This document shows, piece after piece, positions 46,128-54,609 of a stretch of DNA of 64,000 bases. Within the stretch, counting starts at the first letter, position 1; every line of letters starts with the position of its first letter. The stretch comes from Actinomycetes bacterium (GTDB lineage: Bacteria > Actinomycetota > Thermoleophilia > BMS3ABIN01). The position numbers and the translations under genes are program-made. The stretch lies in the NCBI GenBank assembly GCA_021790115.1, contig JAJYIM010000003.1, positions 16,602-80,601 on the forward strand, in the 5' to 3' direction. Below the pieces are notes generated by a model, which was not told the origin of the DNA, did not search any database, and saw nothing but the letters and a program-made list of their open reading frames with translations.

Positions 46128-46916
46128 TTATCTTCCCACCATGGCGGTCACGATGTAATAAGCCGCCACTGCGGCAAACAGGAGGGAGTCAAAGCGGTCC
46201 AGGATGCCGCCATGCCCCGGAATTATCGTACCCGCATCCTTGACTTGCGAAGCCCGTTTCACGTAAGACTCGAACAGGTCGCCCAACGGCGCGGCAATGG
46301 CAAGGACAAGACCAAGAACAAAAAACTGGCCCGAGGTCATCCATCCCAGCGACTTGCCCGCCACCAGCACCACCAGAATCGTTCCCAGAAAGCCGGCCAA
46401 AGTTCCCTCGACGGTCTTCTTCGGCGAGACCACCGGGGAAACCTGATGCTGGCCGTAAAAATGCCCCACGGCGTAAGCCACGGTGTCGGATGTCCAGGTA
46501 GCAAGCAGGACGACAATAGCCAGGCTGATGCCGTAGGCGGGGTTTCGCAAGAGCAACAGGTGAGCGAAGCCAACACTGACATAAAAAGAACCAAAGAAAG
46601 TGACCGCCATTTCTTCCACCATTTCCGGCCTCAGGCCCCGGATGGCATGAAAGAGAAACGTTACGCCAAAAAGCAGCACAGCGCCACGCAGTGCGCCTTC
46701 AAGCTGGCCGGTATAAGCACCCAGCAAGATAAAGACTGCGCCCAGATAGCCGGCCAGACGGACCGGCTTGTATTTCCTCGTCATCCGGTAAAATTCATGC
46801 AGCCCCAGCAAAGTCAGCAATATCAGGGAAACCAGCAGGGCAATGCCGCCGGTGTAAATGACTATGATTGCCAGGGGAACGCCCAGGATGCCAATTAAGG
46901 CCCTCGTGATCAGCAT
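46128..46916 (-). CDS. cdsA: phosphatidate cytidylyltransferase
   Basis: 262 aa polytopic membrane protein. C-terminal CTP-transferase signature ...SYVKRASQVKDAGTIIPGHGGILDRFDSLLF. Confidence 0.85.
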   Translation of the reverse strand: MLITRALIGILGVPLAIIVIYTGGIALLVSLILLTLLGLHEFYRMTRKYKPVRLAGYLGAVFILLGAYTGQLEGALRGAVLLFGVTFLFHAIRGLRPEMVEEMAVTFFGSFYVSVGFAHLLLLRNPAYGISLAIVVLLATWTSDTVAYAVGHFYGQHQVSPVVSPKKTVEGTLAGFLGTILVVLVAGKSLGWMTSGQFFVLGLVLAIAAPLGDLFESYVKRASQVKDAGTIIPGHGGILDRFDSLLFAAVAAYYIVTAMVGR

Positions 46917-46922
46917 GGCCGC

Positions 46923-47666
46923 CTACCGGGCTCCAAAACGGCGGCTGCGAAAATTGAATTCATCGAAGGCGGCAGCCAGATCATCCAGCCCAAAGTCGGG
47001 CCACAATTTGTCGGAAAAGTAAAGCTCGCTATAGGCGCATTGCCACAGGAGAAAATTGCTTATTCTTTGCTCGCCGCTGGTGCGGATCAGCAACTCGGGG
47101 TCGTGCATCTCTGGCGCATACAGAAACTTTGCAAATTCCGGCTCGCCGCCGGTAAAGCCGTAGGCGGCGGCCGTCCGCGCCGCATCCGCGATCTCGGCCC
47201 GGCCTCCATAATTGAACGCCACGTACAAGCTCATGGCACAGTTGGCGCCGGTGAGGCTCTCCGCCCAGTCGATCTGGCCGCGGACGCCCGCCGGCAGTTC
47301 GGCGCGCCGGCCGATAAACCTGACCCGCACCTGCTGCTCGTGAAGCTCAGGCACTTCCTTTTTTATCAGCTCACTGAACATTTCCATTAGCGCATCAACC
47401 TCTGTTTTTGGCCGCCGCCAGTTTTCGGTTGAAAAAGCATAGACGCTCAGCTCGCGGACGCCAGCCTTGCGAGCAGCGCGTATCGTGCGCTTTAGCGCCT
47501 TGGCGCCTTCCCGATGCCCGGCGATGGCCGGCAGCTGCCTGCGCTCCGCCCAGCGGCCATTGCCATCCATAATCACGGCCACATAACGCGGCCCGCCGGT
47601 CAATAAAAAATCTTCGCGTCTGGATTTCCGCCGGCGAAGATTCTTGAGGAGGTAAAACCAGCTCAT
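46923..47666 (-). CDS. uppS: undecaprenyl diphosphate synthase (cis-prenyltransferase)
   Basis: HVAVIMDGNGRWA and ...SVYAFSTENWRRP motifs. 247 aa. Confidence 0.9.
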   Translation of the reverse strand: MSWFYLLKNLRRRKSRREDFLLTGGPRYVAVIMDGNGRWAERRQLPAIAGHREGAKALKRTIRAARKAGVRELSVYAFSTENWRRPKTEVDALMEMFSELIKKEVPELHEQQVRVRFIGRRAELPAGVRGQIDWAESLTGANCAMSLYVAFNYGGRAEIADAARTAAAYGFTGGEPEFAKFLYAPEMHDPELLIRTSGEQRISNFLLWQCAYSELYFSDKLWPDFGLDDLAAAFDEFNFRSRRFGAR

Positions 47667-47667
47667 C

Positions 47668-48234
47668 TTACACCTCCAGGATCTCCGCCTCCTTGTGTTT
47701 GAGCAGGTCGTCGATCTGCTTCACGTGCTCGTCCGTGACTTTCTGCAACTCATCTTCCGCCCAGTGAAGCTCGTCCTCGGAAATCTCTCCTTCTTTTTGC
47801 AACTTCTTGATCTCATGAATGACGTCGCGGCGGATATTCCTGACGGCAATACGCCCGTTTTCCGCCAGGCCTTTAACAACTTTTACCAGCTCGCGGCGGC
47901 GCTCCTCAGTCAGCTCCGGGATTGACAGGCGGACTACATTTCCATCATTGTTTGGGTTGAGCCCCAGCTCTGACTCCATAATTGCATGCTCGATCTCCTT
48001 GATGACAGCCTTGTCATAAGGGGTGATAACCAGCAGCCGTGCTTCCGGGGAGCTAATGTTGGCCAATTGCTTCAGCGGCGTCCTGGCTCCGTAATAATCT
48101 ACAGTGATGCGGTCCAGCAAGGTGGTGGAGGCCCGGCCGGTGCGAATGGAATTAAACTCGTTCTGGCAGGCGGCGACGGTCTTATTCATCCGCTCCCCCC
48201 CGTCATTCAGGAATTCCTCCACCATTTCATTCAT
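47668..48234 (-). CDS. frr: ribosome recycling factor
   Basis: 188 aa, ...RTGRASTTLLDRITVDYYG...LSIPELTEERRRELVK... Confidence 0.9.
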   Translation of the reverse strand: MNEMVEEFLNDGGERMNKTVAACQNEFNSIRTGRASTTLLDRITVDYYGARTPLKQLANISSPEARLLVITPYDKAVIKEIEHAIMESELGLNPNNDGNVVRLSIPELTEERRRELVKVVKGLAENGRIAVRNIRRDVIHEIKKLQKEGEISEDELHWAEDELQKVTDEHVKQIDDLLKHKEAEILEV

Positions 48235-48249
48235 GCAACCCTGCCCTTT

Positions 48250-48325
48250 ATTAATTGCAACCAGGATTAATTATAATCCAATATCCAATATCCAACGTCC
48301 AACAGCCAAAGTCCGGTTTACGATC
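48250..48325 (+). repeat. heptamer-tandem intergenic element copy G between pyrH and frr
   Basis: CCAGGATTAATTATA ATCCAAT ATCCAAT ATCCAAC GTCCAAC AGCCAAA GTCCGGTTTACG. Confidence 0.7.
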
Positions 48326-49073
48326 TTACTATCGTTCCCGCCCTTTCGCCAGACAGCACCCGCTGGATGTTTTGCCTGTCGGCCATATTAAATACAAAAA
48401 TGGGCAGCTTGTTGTCCATACAGAGCGACAACGCAGTGGTATCCATCACCTTCAGGCCGCGCTCGATTGCCTCCAAATGCGTGACCTCGGGCAAGAAGGC
48501 TGCCTGGGGGTTGACTTCCGGATCGGAATCATAAACGCCATCGAACTTGCGCTTCGCCATCAGGATTGCCTCGGCATTTATCTCAAGGGCCCGCAACGCC
48601 GCGGCGGTATCTGTGGTGAAGTAGGGATTCCCGGTGCCAGCTGCAAAGATGACAACCCGCTTTTTTTCCAAATGGCGGATAGCGCGCCGGCGGATGTACG
48701 GTTCAGCTACCTCTTGCATGTGAATCGCGGAAAGCACGCGGGTCTCCAGGTTTATTTTTTCCAGGCCATCCTGAAGCGCGAGGGCGTTAAGGACAGTGGC
48801 AATCATGCCCATGTAGTCACCGGTGGCGCGGTCCATGCCGTGGGCGCTGCCGGCGACCCCGCGGAAAATATTGCCGGCGCCAACGACAATGGCAATTTCT
48901 ACCTGGCGCGCAGCCGCCGCATTGATCTGCTCGCAAATTGAATTAATCTTTTCAGGGTCGATGCTGTGCCGGTCTTCACCTTGAAGCGCCTGGCCTGAAA
49001 GCTTGATCAACACCCGCCTGAAGACAGCCGGTGCAGCAGCCTGGCCGGTCGAAGATCTGGTGCTTCCGGACAA
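48318..49073 (-). CDS. pyrH: UMP kinase
   Basis: ...RVLIKLSGQALQG...VVGAGNIFRG... amino-acid-kinase fold. 251 aa. Confidence 0.9.
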   Translation of the reverse strand: MSGSTRSSTGQAAAPAVFRRVLIKLSGQALQGEDRHSIDPEKINSICEQINAAAARQVEIAIVVGAGNIFRGVAGSAHGMDRATGDYMGMIATVLNALALQDGLEKINLETRVLSAIHMQEVAEPYIRRRAIRHLEKKRVVIFAAGTGNPYFTTDTAAALRALEINAEAILMAKRKFDGVYDSDPEVNPQAAFLPEVTHLEAIERGLKVMDTTALSLCMDNKLPIFVFNMADRQNIQRVLSGERAGTIVRS

Positions 49074-49670
49074 CTAGCCCTTGCCCAGCTCGAAGCGGGC
49101 GAACCGCTTGATCTCGATGTTCTCACCCAGTTTCCCGACCAGCTCTCCCCGCAGCTGTTCGACTGTCAACTTATCGTCCTTGACAAAAGGCTGCTCCAGG
49201 AGGCAGACCTGCTGGTAGTATTTATCCAGCTTCCCCTGGGCAATTTTTTCGAGGATGTTTTCAGGCTTGCCGGTTTCCCTGGCTTGCTCCTTGTAAATGC
49301 AGAGCTCTGCCTCTGTCTCGTCGGCGGGCACGTCATCGCGGCCGACATACTTGGGGTCTGCGGCCGCCACGTGCATGGCGACATCGTGAACGAAAGTCTT
49401 AAATTCCCCCGTTTTGGCAACAAAATCAGTCTCACAGCCAATCTCGACAAGAACCCCAATTTTGCCGCCGGCATGGATATAGCTGTCAACCAGTCCCTGG
49501 GTAGTCGTGCGGCCGCTGCGTTTTGCGGCAGCGGCAAGGCCTTTGGTCCTCAACAGCCGCACAGCCTCCTCAACGTCGCCGCCTGATTCCGCCAGGGCTT
49601 TCTTGCAATCCATCATTCCGGCCCCGGTCTGGTCCCGCAGTTGTTTTACTTCTTTGGCGCTAACTGCCAC
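49074..49670 (-). CDS. tsf: translation elongation factor Ts (short form)
   Basis: MAVSAKEVKQLRDQTGAGMMDCKKALAESGGDVEEAVRLLRTKG... UBA-like N-terminus. 198 aa. Confidence 0.9.
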   Translation of the reverse strand: MAVSAKEVKQLRDQTGAGMMDCKKALAESGGDVEEAVRLLRTKGLAAAAKRSGRTTTQGLVDSYIHAGGKIGVLVEIGCETDFVAKTGEFKTFVHDVAMHVAAADPKYVGRDDVPADETEAELCIYKEQARETGKPENILEKIAQGKLDKYYQQVCLLEQPFVKDDKLTVEQLRGELVGKLGENIEIKRFARFELGKG

Positions 49671-49705
49671 TTGAACACCTCGCTGGCTTCCATGCTTTCT
49701 GGCTT

Positions 49706-50782
49706 CTATTCCTGTTCCTTGTTTTCTGTTTGTTTGCCACCCTCATCGCCGGCTTTCTTTTCATCATCCGCGGCCGCCTTTGGCTTTCTCATTGAAGGAG
49801 CCTTACTTTTTGACGGGCCAGTTTTTGACTTGGCGACAGCCTTAGGCTTAACTTGAGCTTTGGCAGCAGATGCTTTCCCCTGCTTGGCATCAGTTTTTTC
49901 TGCTTTCGCCGCCGGCTTCCGGGCCGTTTTTACCGGGGCATCTGCTTTCGCCGGGGCGGCTTCCCCTTTTGCTCCGGCGCCGGCTCCTGCCGCGGCGGCC
50001 ATTTCTGCCTGGGTCTTGACGGTTTCCTCAGCCGCAGCCTTCGCTTCAGCTTCTTGCTTGGCGGCGGCGGCCGCGGCCGCCTGCACCTCTTTCTCCAAAA
50101 AGAGTTGCCTGCCCTCAACGACGCCATCGGCGATAGCCCTGATAATGAGGGCGCAGGAACGAATGGCGTCATCGTTTCCAGGAATGACGAAATCGACTTC
50201 GTCAGGATTGCAGTTGGTATCAACCAACGCCACCACCGGCACCCCCAGCTTCCTGGACTCGCGAATTACAATGGTCTCGCGGCGCGGGTCGATCACAAAC
50301 ACGGCCGCCGGCAGCTTATCCATGTCTGCCACGCCGCCCAGGTTTTGCTCCAGTTTGCGCAGCTCTGCCAGCCGGTTCATCTGCTCTTTGGTGGGAAGGA
50401 GGTCGAGCTGGCCCTCGTCCCGCAGCCGCCGCAATTCATGCATCATTTTGATGCGCTGAGAAATCGTCGCATAGTTGGTAAGAAGACCTCCCAGCCAGCG
50501 GTGGGAAACAAAGGGCATGCTGGCCCGCTGCGCTTCTGCGGTGATGGTGTCCTGGCACTGTTTCTTGGTGCCCACAAACAGCACCATTTTGCCATCGGCG
50601 GCCAGCCCCCGGACGAAGTCGTACGCTTCCTCAATCAGCCTGATCGTCTTTTGCAGGTCGATGATGTAGATCCCGCCGCGCTCCGTGAAGATGTAAGGCT
50701 TCATGCGCGGATTCCAACGGCGGGTCTGGTGTCCGAAGTGGACGCCTGATTCCAGCAGTTCCTTCATTGTTACAGCAGGCAA
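49706..50782 (-). CDS. rpsB: 30S ribosomal protein S2 with ~110-aa Ala/Lys-rich C-terminal extension
   Basis: MPAVTMKELLESGVHFGHQTRRWNPRMKPYIF... S2 core (~245 aa). Low-complexity tail AAAAAAAKQEAEAKAAAEE...KAQVKPKAVAKSK... Confidence 0.9.
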   Translation of the reverse strand: MPAVTMKELLESGVHFGHQTRRWNPRMKPYIFTERGGIYIIDLQKTIRLIEEAYDFVRGLAADGKMVLFVGTKKQCQDTITAEAQRASMPFVSHRWLGGLLTNYATISQRIKMMHELRRLRDEGQLDLLPTKEQMNRLAELRKLEQNLGGVADMDKLPAAVFVIDPRRETIVIRESRKLGVPVVALVDTNCNPDEVDFVIPGNDDAIRSCALIIRAIADGVVEGRQLFLEKEVQAAAAAAAKQEAEAKAAAEETVKTQAEMAAAAGAGAGAKGEAAPAKADAPVKTARKPAAKAEKTDAKQGKASAAKAQVKPKAVAKSKTGPSKSKAPSMRKPKAAADDEKKAGDEGGKQTENKEQE

Positions 50783-50994
50783 ACCGAGATCCTTTCACTC
50801 GACTTTAAATTGCCGCTCCTCGACTGGCGGCTGCGGCAGGGCGGCTTCCGCCGCAGCGTTTTTTGCATTCAAACACGGGCGACGGCCATGTGGCCGCGCC
50901 TAGAGCTACGGTATTTTAACATATAAAAAAGTTCCGAGTTTTGAGTCCGCCCCGCAACCGCCGGCTGCGGGGCATGTATGATAGCCTACACGGC

Positions 50995-51393
50995 ATGTCA
51001 GAAGAACAAATCAAATCGATTTTAGTGGTGACAAGAACAATCGCTATTGTCGGCGCCTCTCCCAATCCCGCCAGGCCCAGTCATAAGGTGGCCGAATATC
51101 TGATCAGGCATGGCTACGATGTCATCCCGGTCAGACCTAAAGTCAACGAAATCCTGGGCAGGAAGTGCTATGCTACCCTTGAGGACATCCCTGCCCATGT
51201 TGATATTGTGGACGTTTTCCGCCGGCCGGAGGCCTGTCCTGAGGTGGCCCGCGCAGCGGTTGCCATCGGCGCCCGGGTGCTATGGCTGCAGGAAGGAATC
51301 GTCAGCGGGGAAGCCGCCCGGATTGCCAGGTCTGGCGGCCTGGTGGTATTTATGGACCGCTGCATCAAAAAGGCGCACCAGGAATTTCTGTGA
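50995..51393 (+). CDS. CoA-binding domain protein (YccU/YneT family)
   Basis: ...IAIVGASPNPARPSHKVAEYLIRHGYDVIPVRP...DIVDVFRRPE... Rossmann-like CoA-binding fold. ORF opens at 50941; start placed at the ATG giving MSEEQ. Confidence 0.7.
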   Translation: MSEEQIKSILVVTRTIAIVGASPNPARPSHKVAEYLIRHGYDVIPVRPKVNEILGRKCYATLEDIPAHVDIVDVFRRPEACPEVARAAVAIGARVLWLQEGIVSGEAARIARSGGLVVFMDRCIKKAHQEFL

Positions 51394-51454
51394 TCCCTAT
51401 CCTGTCTTTCAGTGTAAAAATATTATTATTACAGGTGGTATAGTATAATAAGAT

Positions 51455-51907
51455 ATGCCCGAGCCGCGAAAGCCAATCAAACGCCTGATTAATCTGAAAA
51501 CCTCACGTAAAGGTATCCGTCAGGTTCTTGGCGACCTGGAAGCCGACATCATGGAGCTTCTCTGGAAAAGCAGCCCCGCCAGCGTCCGCGAGATTCACGG
51601 GAAGCTGGCAAAGAAACGCTCAATTGCCTACACCACCGTCATGACAGTAATGAGCCGGCTGGCGGAAAAAGGCCTGCTCAGGCGCGAACATCACGGACGG
51701 GCATACCTTTACTCCCCCACCCAAAGCCGGGAAGAATTTTGCTCTGACACCATCAGCACGGTGATGACAGGCCTGCTCGGAGGTTTTGGTGAGCCGGTGC
51801 TGTCGCACTTTGTCGATACTGTAGGTTCTAAAGACAGGAAGAACCTGGACGAGCTGATTCGTCTGGTTGAAGCCAAGAAAAGGAATACGGAAAAATCGGC
51901 TACCTGA
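51455..51907 (+). CDS. BlaI/MecI/CopY-family transcriptional repressor
   Basis: Winged-helix N-terminus ...LGDLEADIMELLWKSSPASVREIHGKLAKKRSIAYTTVMTVMSRLAEKGLLRREHHGRAYLYSP... 150 aa. Followed by an M56 peptidase gene. Confidence 0.8.
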   Translation: MPEPRKPIKRLINLKTSRKGIRQVLGDLEADIMELLWKSSPASVREIHGKLAKKRSIAYTTVMTVMSRLAEKGLLRREHHGRAYLYSPTQSREEFCSDTISTVMTGLLGGFGEPVLSHFVDTVGSKDRKNLDELIRLVEAKKRNTEKSAT

Positions 51908-51996
51908 CGCTGACTATCTCCTACCTTGTCATCCTTGCCGGCCCCTGGATTATCAAGCGCTGGCTGGCCGGCCATCTGCGCCCGCGCACGGTAGCC

Positions 51997-53103
51997 TTGC
52001 TTTATTTTTTTTCAATCATGGCTGCCGGCCTGGCGACATGCGTCAGCTTGGCCCTGGTCTTGCTGAGGTTTCTGTCCGCTTCTTTGCTGGTGGAAATGGG
52101 AAACGCCTGCGGCGGAATTTTCGCATTCGGGCATGGCTTTCTGGCAACAAGCCACTGGAACTACCTGCTTGCCGCAGGGCTGGCGGCAGTGTTTCTGCTC
52201 CAGCTTACATTTCTGCTCGGCGGCGGCGCCAGGCTGCTTCGCGCCAGCTACCGCCTGGGGAAAAAACATCTTTTGGCCGGGACCCGCTGTCCGGCACTTC
52301 CTCGCATAACGGGCAAATCCTGGGCCGGGCACGTTTATCTAACTTCAGCTACAACCGTGGAAGCGCATACTTCAGGATTGATCCGGTCCCGGATCCACAT
52401 CTCCCAGGCCATGGTCCGCCGGCTTCCTGGGGATGAGCTTATGGCTGTCATCTATCACGAGAGGGCCCACTGCTCAGGCAAGGACAATTTCCTGGCAGCG
52501 GCGGCCAAAACGGTTTCGCTCGCCATGTTTTATCTTCCCGGACCACGCATGGCCTACCAGGAAATGCGCATCTACCTGGAGAAGGCGGCCGACAGAACAG
52601 CCGCCGCTCAAACCGGCGGCCCGCTGGTAATTGCTAGGGCCCTGGCCCGCATTGCCACTGCCGGGCAAATATTCAGCAAAGAAGTTCCGGCCATGCCTGC
52701 CTCCGGTCATGGGGACGTAACCTCCCGCCTGCAGGTGCTGGCCAATGACTATCGGGAAAACGGCAGCGGATGGAAGCGCCTGTGCCTTTTTATTCTCCTG
52801 GCTGCGGCTGCGCTTGCCTTTTTCTCCGTCAGCGCCCTGGTCGTTACCGGCGCCGACCAGCGCCAGGCTTTTATTTGCTACATGAAGCACCAGCAGGGCG
52901 GCGCGGGCGTTTGCAAGCTAAGAGCCTATTTCGATAGGCGTATTCTGCTGCGGCCGGCTGCAAAGACCATCGGCGGCGTCCTCGGAGCAAAAAGTCCTCG
53001 ACGTACCGCAGCGGGTACGACTGCGGGCTTTTTACTCCTGCATCCTTGCCCATGGTCTTTTCGCTCGGCCTCGCAACGAATTACCTATCGAAATAGGCTC
53101 TAA
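51997..53103 (+). CDS. BlaR1-like M56-family membrane metallopeptidase (no C-terminal sensor domain)
   Basis: HExxH zinc motif AVIYHERAH, multiple TM segments, downstream of a BlaI-family repressor. TTG start; the frame is open upstream to 51871, so the true start may be non-canonical or overlap the repressor stop. The last ~20 codons are made of two short repeat elements. Confidence 0.65.
   Translation: MLYFFSIMAAGLATCVSLALVLLRFLSASLLVEMGNACGGIFAFGHGFLATSHWNYLLAAGLAAVFLLQLTFLLGGGARLLRASYRLGKKHLLAGTRCPALPRITGKSWAGHVYLTSATTVEAHTSGLIRSRIHISQAMVRRLPGDELMAVIYHERAHCSGKDNFLAAAAKTVSLAMFYLPGPRMAYQEMRIYLEKAADRTAAAQTGGPLVIARALARIATAGQIFSKEVPAMPASGHGDVTSRLQVLANDYRENGSGWKRLCLFILLAAAALAFFSVSALVVTGADQRQAFICYMKHQQGGAGVCKLRAYFDRRILLRPAAKTIGGVLGAKSPRRTAAGTTAGFLLLHPCPWSFRSASQRITYRNRL
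53046..53082. repeat. 37-nt GC-rich repeat unit copy 2 (inside the 3' end of the BlaR1-like ORF)
   Basis: CCTTGCCCATGGTCTTTTCGCTCGGCCTCGCAACGAA. Compare 40586-40625. Confidence 0.6.
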
Positions 53104-53282
53104 ACCACTGACTCGATCATTCACCGCACTTGAAGAAGTAGCCTGCTAATCATTTTCGCATTGACATGGGCTTGCTCAACAGCCAATGACTGCCGGCGGC
53201 GGAAAAACCATCAGCCTGTGGATAAAGCACGTCCCATAGGCAGGTTGGAAAACCCGCCATCTACCAAAGTTTTACCATCTTT

Positions 53283-53819
53283 CTAATCAGCCGCCTCTTC
53301 CAGCAGCCAGCACTCGATGACGTCTGAGAAGCAATCATCTTCCTGAATCTCAAATCCGCGACAATCGCAGCTTGCGGCGCTAGAAGCTGGGAAGTCCCTG
53401 CATCTCCCCAGATTACGGCTTCGGCAATCCAGCTGCCTGTCGGAAAGCTTCAGGATGTCGCCGCCGCCGGTGTCTTCCGTGTTTAGCCCGCCGAAAGGCG
53501 TGCCTGCGCTGGTTCCGGCGATGGCGCCCCTCTGCTCTTGGCGGGTTGAATCCGTGGCGCTGCGCAGCTTCCAGGCAGCTACCCAAACCATCTTGTCTTC
53601 CGGGGCGATGATTAGAAATCTTTCTAGCCAAGTATCATCCTGCATCTGCGGAATGACCGTGCATGTTATCCCAAAAGCAGTCATGAGGCCTCCCTTTCCG
53701 CCCAAATACGTCTTATTAAACCGAGTATTTCCACTTTTGCTTCTTACTAACACTTTCGGCCGGCTGGAAGAAGGCGATAAATATTTTTCCCGCAAGGATT
53801 TGCAGCCGGCTGCAATCAT
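53283..53819 (-). CDS. hypothetical Cys-rich acidic protein (weak call; real start may be the internal Met giving ~133 aa)
   Basis: ORF only. C-terminal CxC...C...C pattern and acidic tail. No recognisable family. Confidence 0.25.
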   Translation of the reverse strand: MIAAGCKSLREKYLSPSSSRPKVLVRSKSGNTRFNKTYLGGKGGLMTAFGITCTVIPQMQDDTWLERFLIIAPEDKMVWVAAWKLRSATDSTRQEQRGAIAGTSAGTPFGGLNTEDTGGGDILKLSDRQLDCRSRNLGRCRDFPASSAASCDCRGFEIQEDDCFSDVIECWLLEEAAD

Positions 53820-53851
53820 GCCGGCCCGGGATGCACAAGAGGAGGTTAATT

Positions 53852-54508
53852 CTAAGACTGCCCGGCGAGGGCGTCTTTAGCCTGTTTTAGGCAGTGGATG
53901 ACTTCCTCGTCAGTTACCTGGGTGAAGTTGCGATAAAACTCCCCCACAGCGCCAAAATATGAAGGGGTAGAAAGGCAGGCAACCTCGTCCGCCATCTTGT
54001 CCAGCTTTTTTTTAACCCGCGGGGAGGCAACAGGAATAACACAGTCTATTTTCGCGGCGCCGGCATTCCTGACCGACTGAAGCGCCGCCATCATCGTGTA
54101 CCCGGTGGCGACGCCGTCGTCAACCACCAGCGCCGTTTTGCCGCTCACATCAGGGGCGGTATCAACGCCACGGTACTTCAGATAGCGGCGTTTTATCTCT
54201 TCTTTTTGCAGCTCGGCTTCTTCCCGGATATAACGGTCGCTGACCTCGTAGAGCCTGACCGTGTTCTCATCCAGCAGCAGGTTGCCATCTGAGTCTACCG
54301 AGCCAATCGCCAGCTCTGGATTTAATGGGGCTCCAATTTTACGTGTCACCCAGACGTCAAGCGGCAGCTTTAGCGCCAGCGCAATCTCCAGGGCGACAAC
54401 GACGCCTCCCCGAGGCAAACCTAAAACAATGCCGCCAGTCCCATCAGCGAATGATTCCACCAAAGAGACCATCCGTTGACCCGCGTCTTTTCTGTCTTCA
54501 AAAAACAT
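53852..54508 (-). CDS. phosphoribosyltransferase-family protein (type I PRTase, COG1926-like)
   Basis: PRPP-binding motif ALVVDDGVATGYTMMAA. N-terminal ...GGIVLGLPRGGVVVA... 218 aa. Confidence 0.7.
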   Translation of the reverse strand: MFFEDRKDAGQRMVSLVESFADGTGGIVLGLPRGGVVVALEIALALKLPLDVWVTRKIGAPLNPELAIGSVDSDGNLLLDENTVRLYEVSDRYIREEAELQKEEIKRRYLKYRGVDTAPDVSGKTALVVDDGVATGYTMMAALQSVRNAGAAKIDCVIPVASPRVKKKLDKMADEVACLSTPSYFGAVGEFYRNFTQVTDEEVIHCLKQAKDALAGQS

Positions 54509-54609
54509 TCTTCCCCCGTAGTTGCAGCACGAAGTTTGACCTGCACTTACGTATTACGCGGCTCGAGCAAATATTACCTGCATCGTTCCCAAAAAACAGC
54601 ATCAAGTTC

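Noticed and set aside
46212-46898. 228-aa plus-strand ORF
   Set aside because: Antisense to cdsA, highly basic/Gln-rich low-complexity sequence.
49853-50749. 298-aa plus-strand ORF
   Set aside because: Antisense to rpsB, including its low-complexity tail.
50948-50972. Hairpin GCCCCGCAACCGCCGGCTGCGGGGC as a terminator
   Set aside because: It is not followed by a U-tract and lies inside the likely 5' region or N-terminal extension of the CoA-binding protein ORF. Probably just GC-rich secondary structure.
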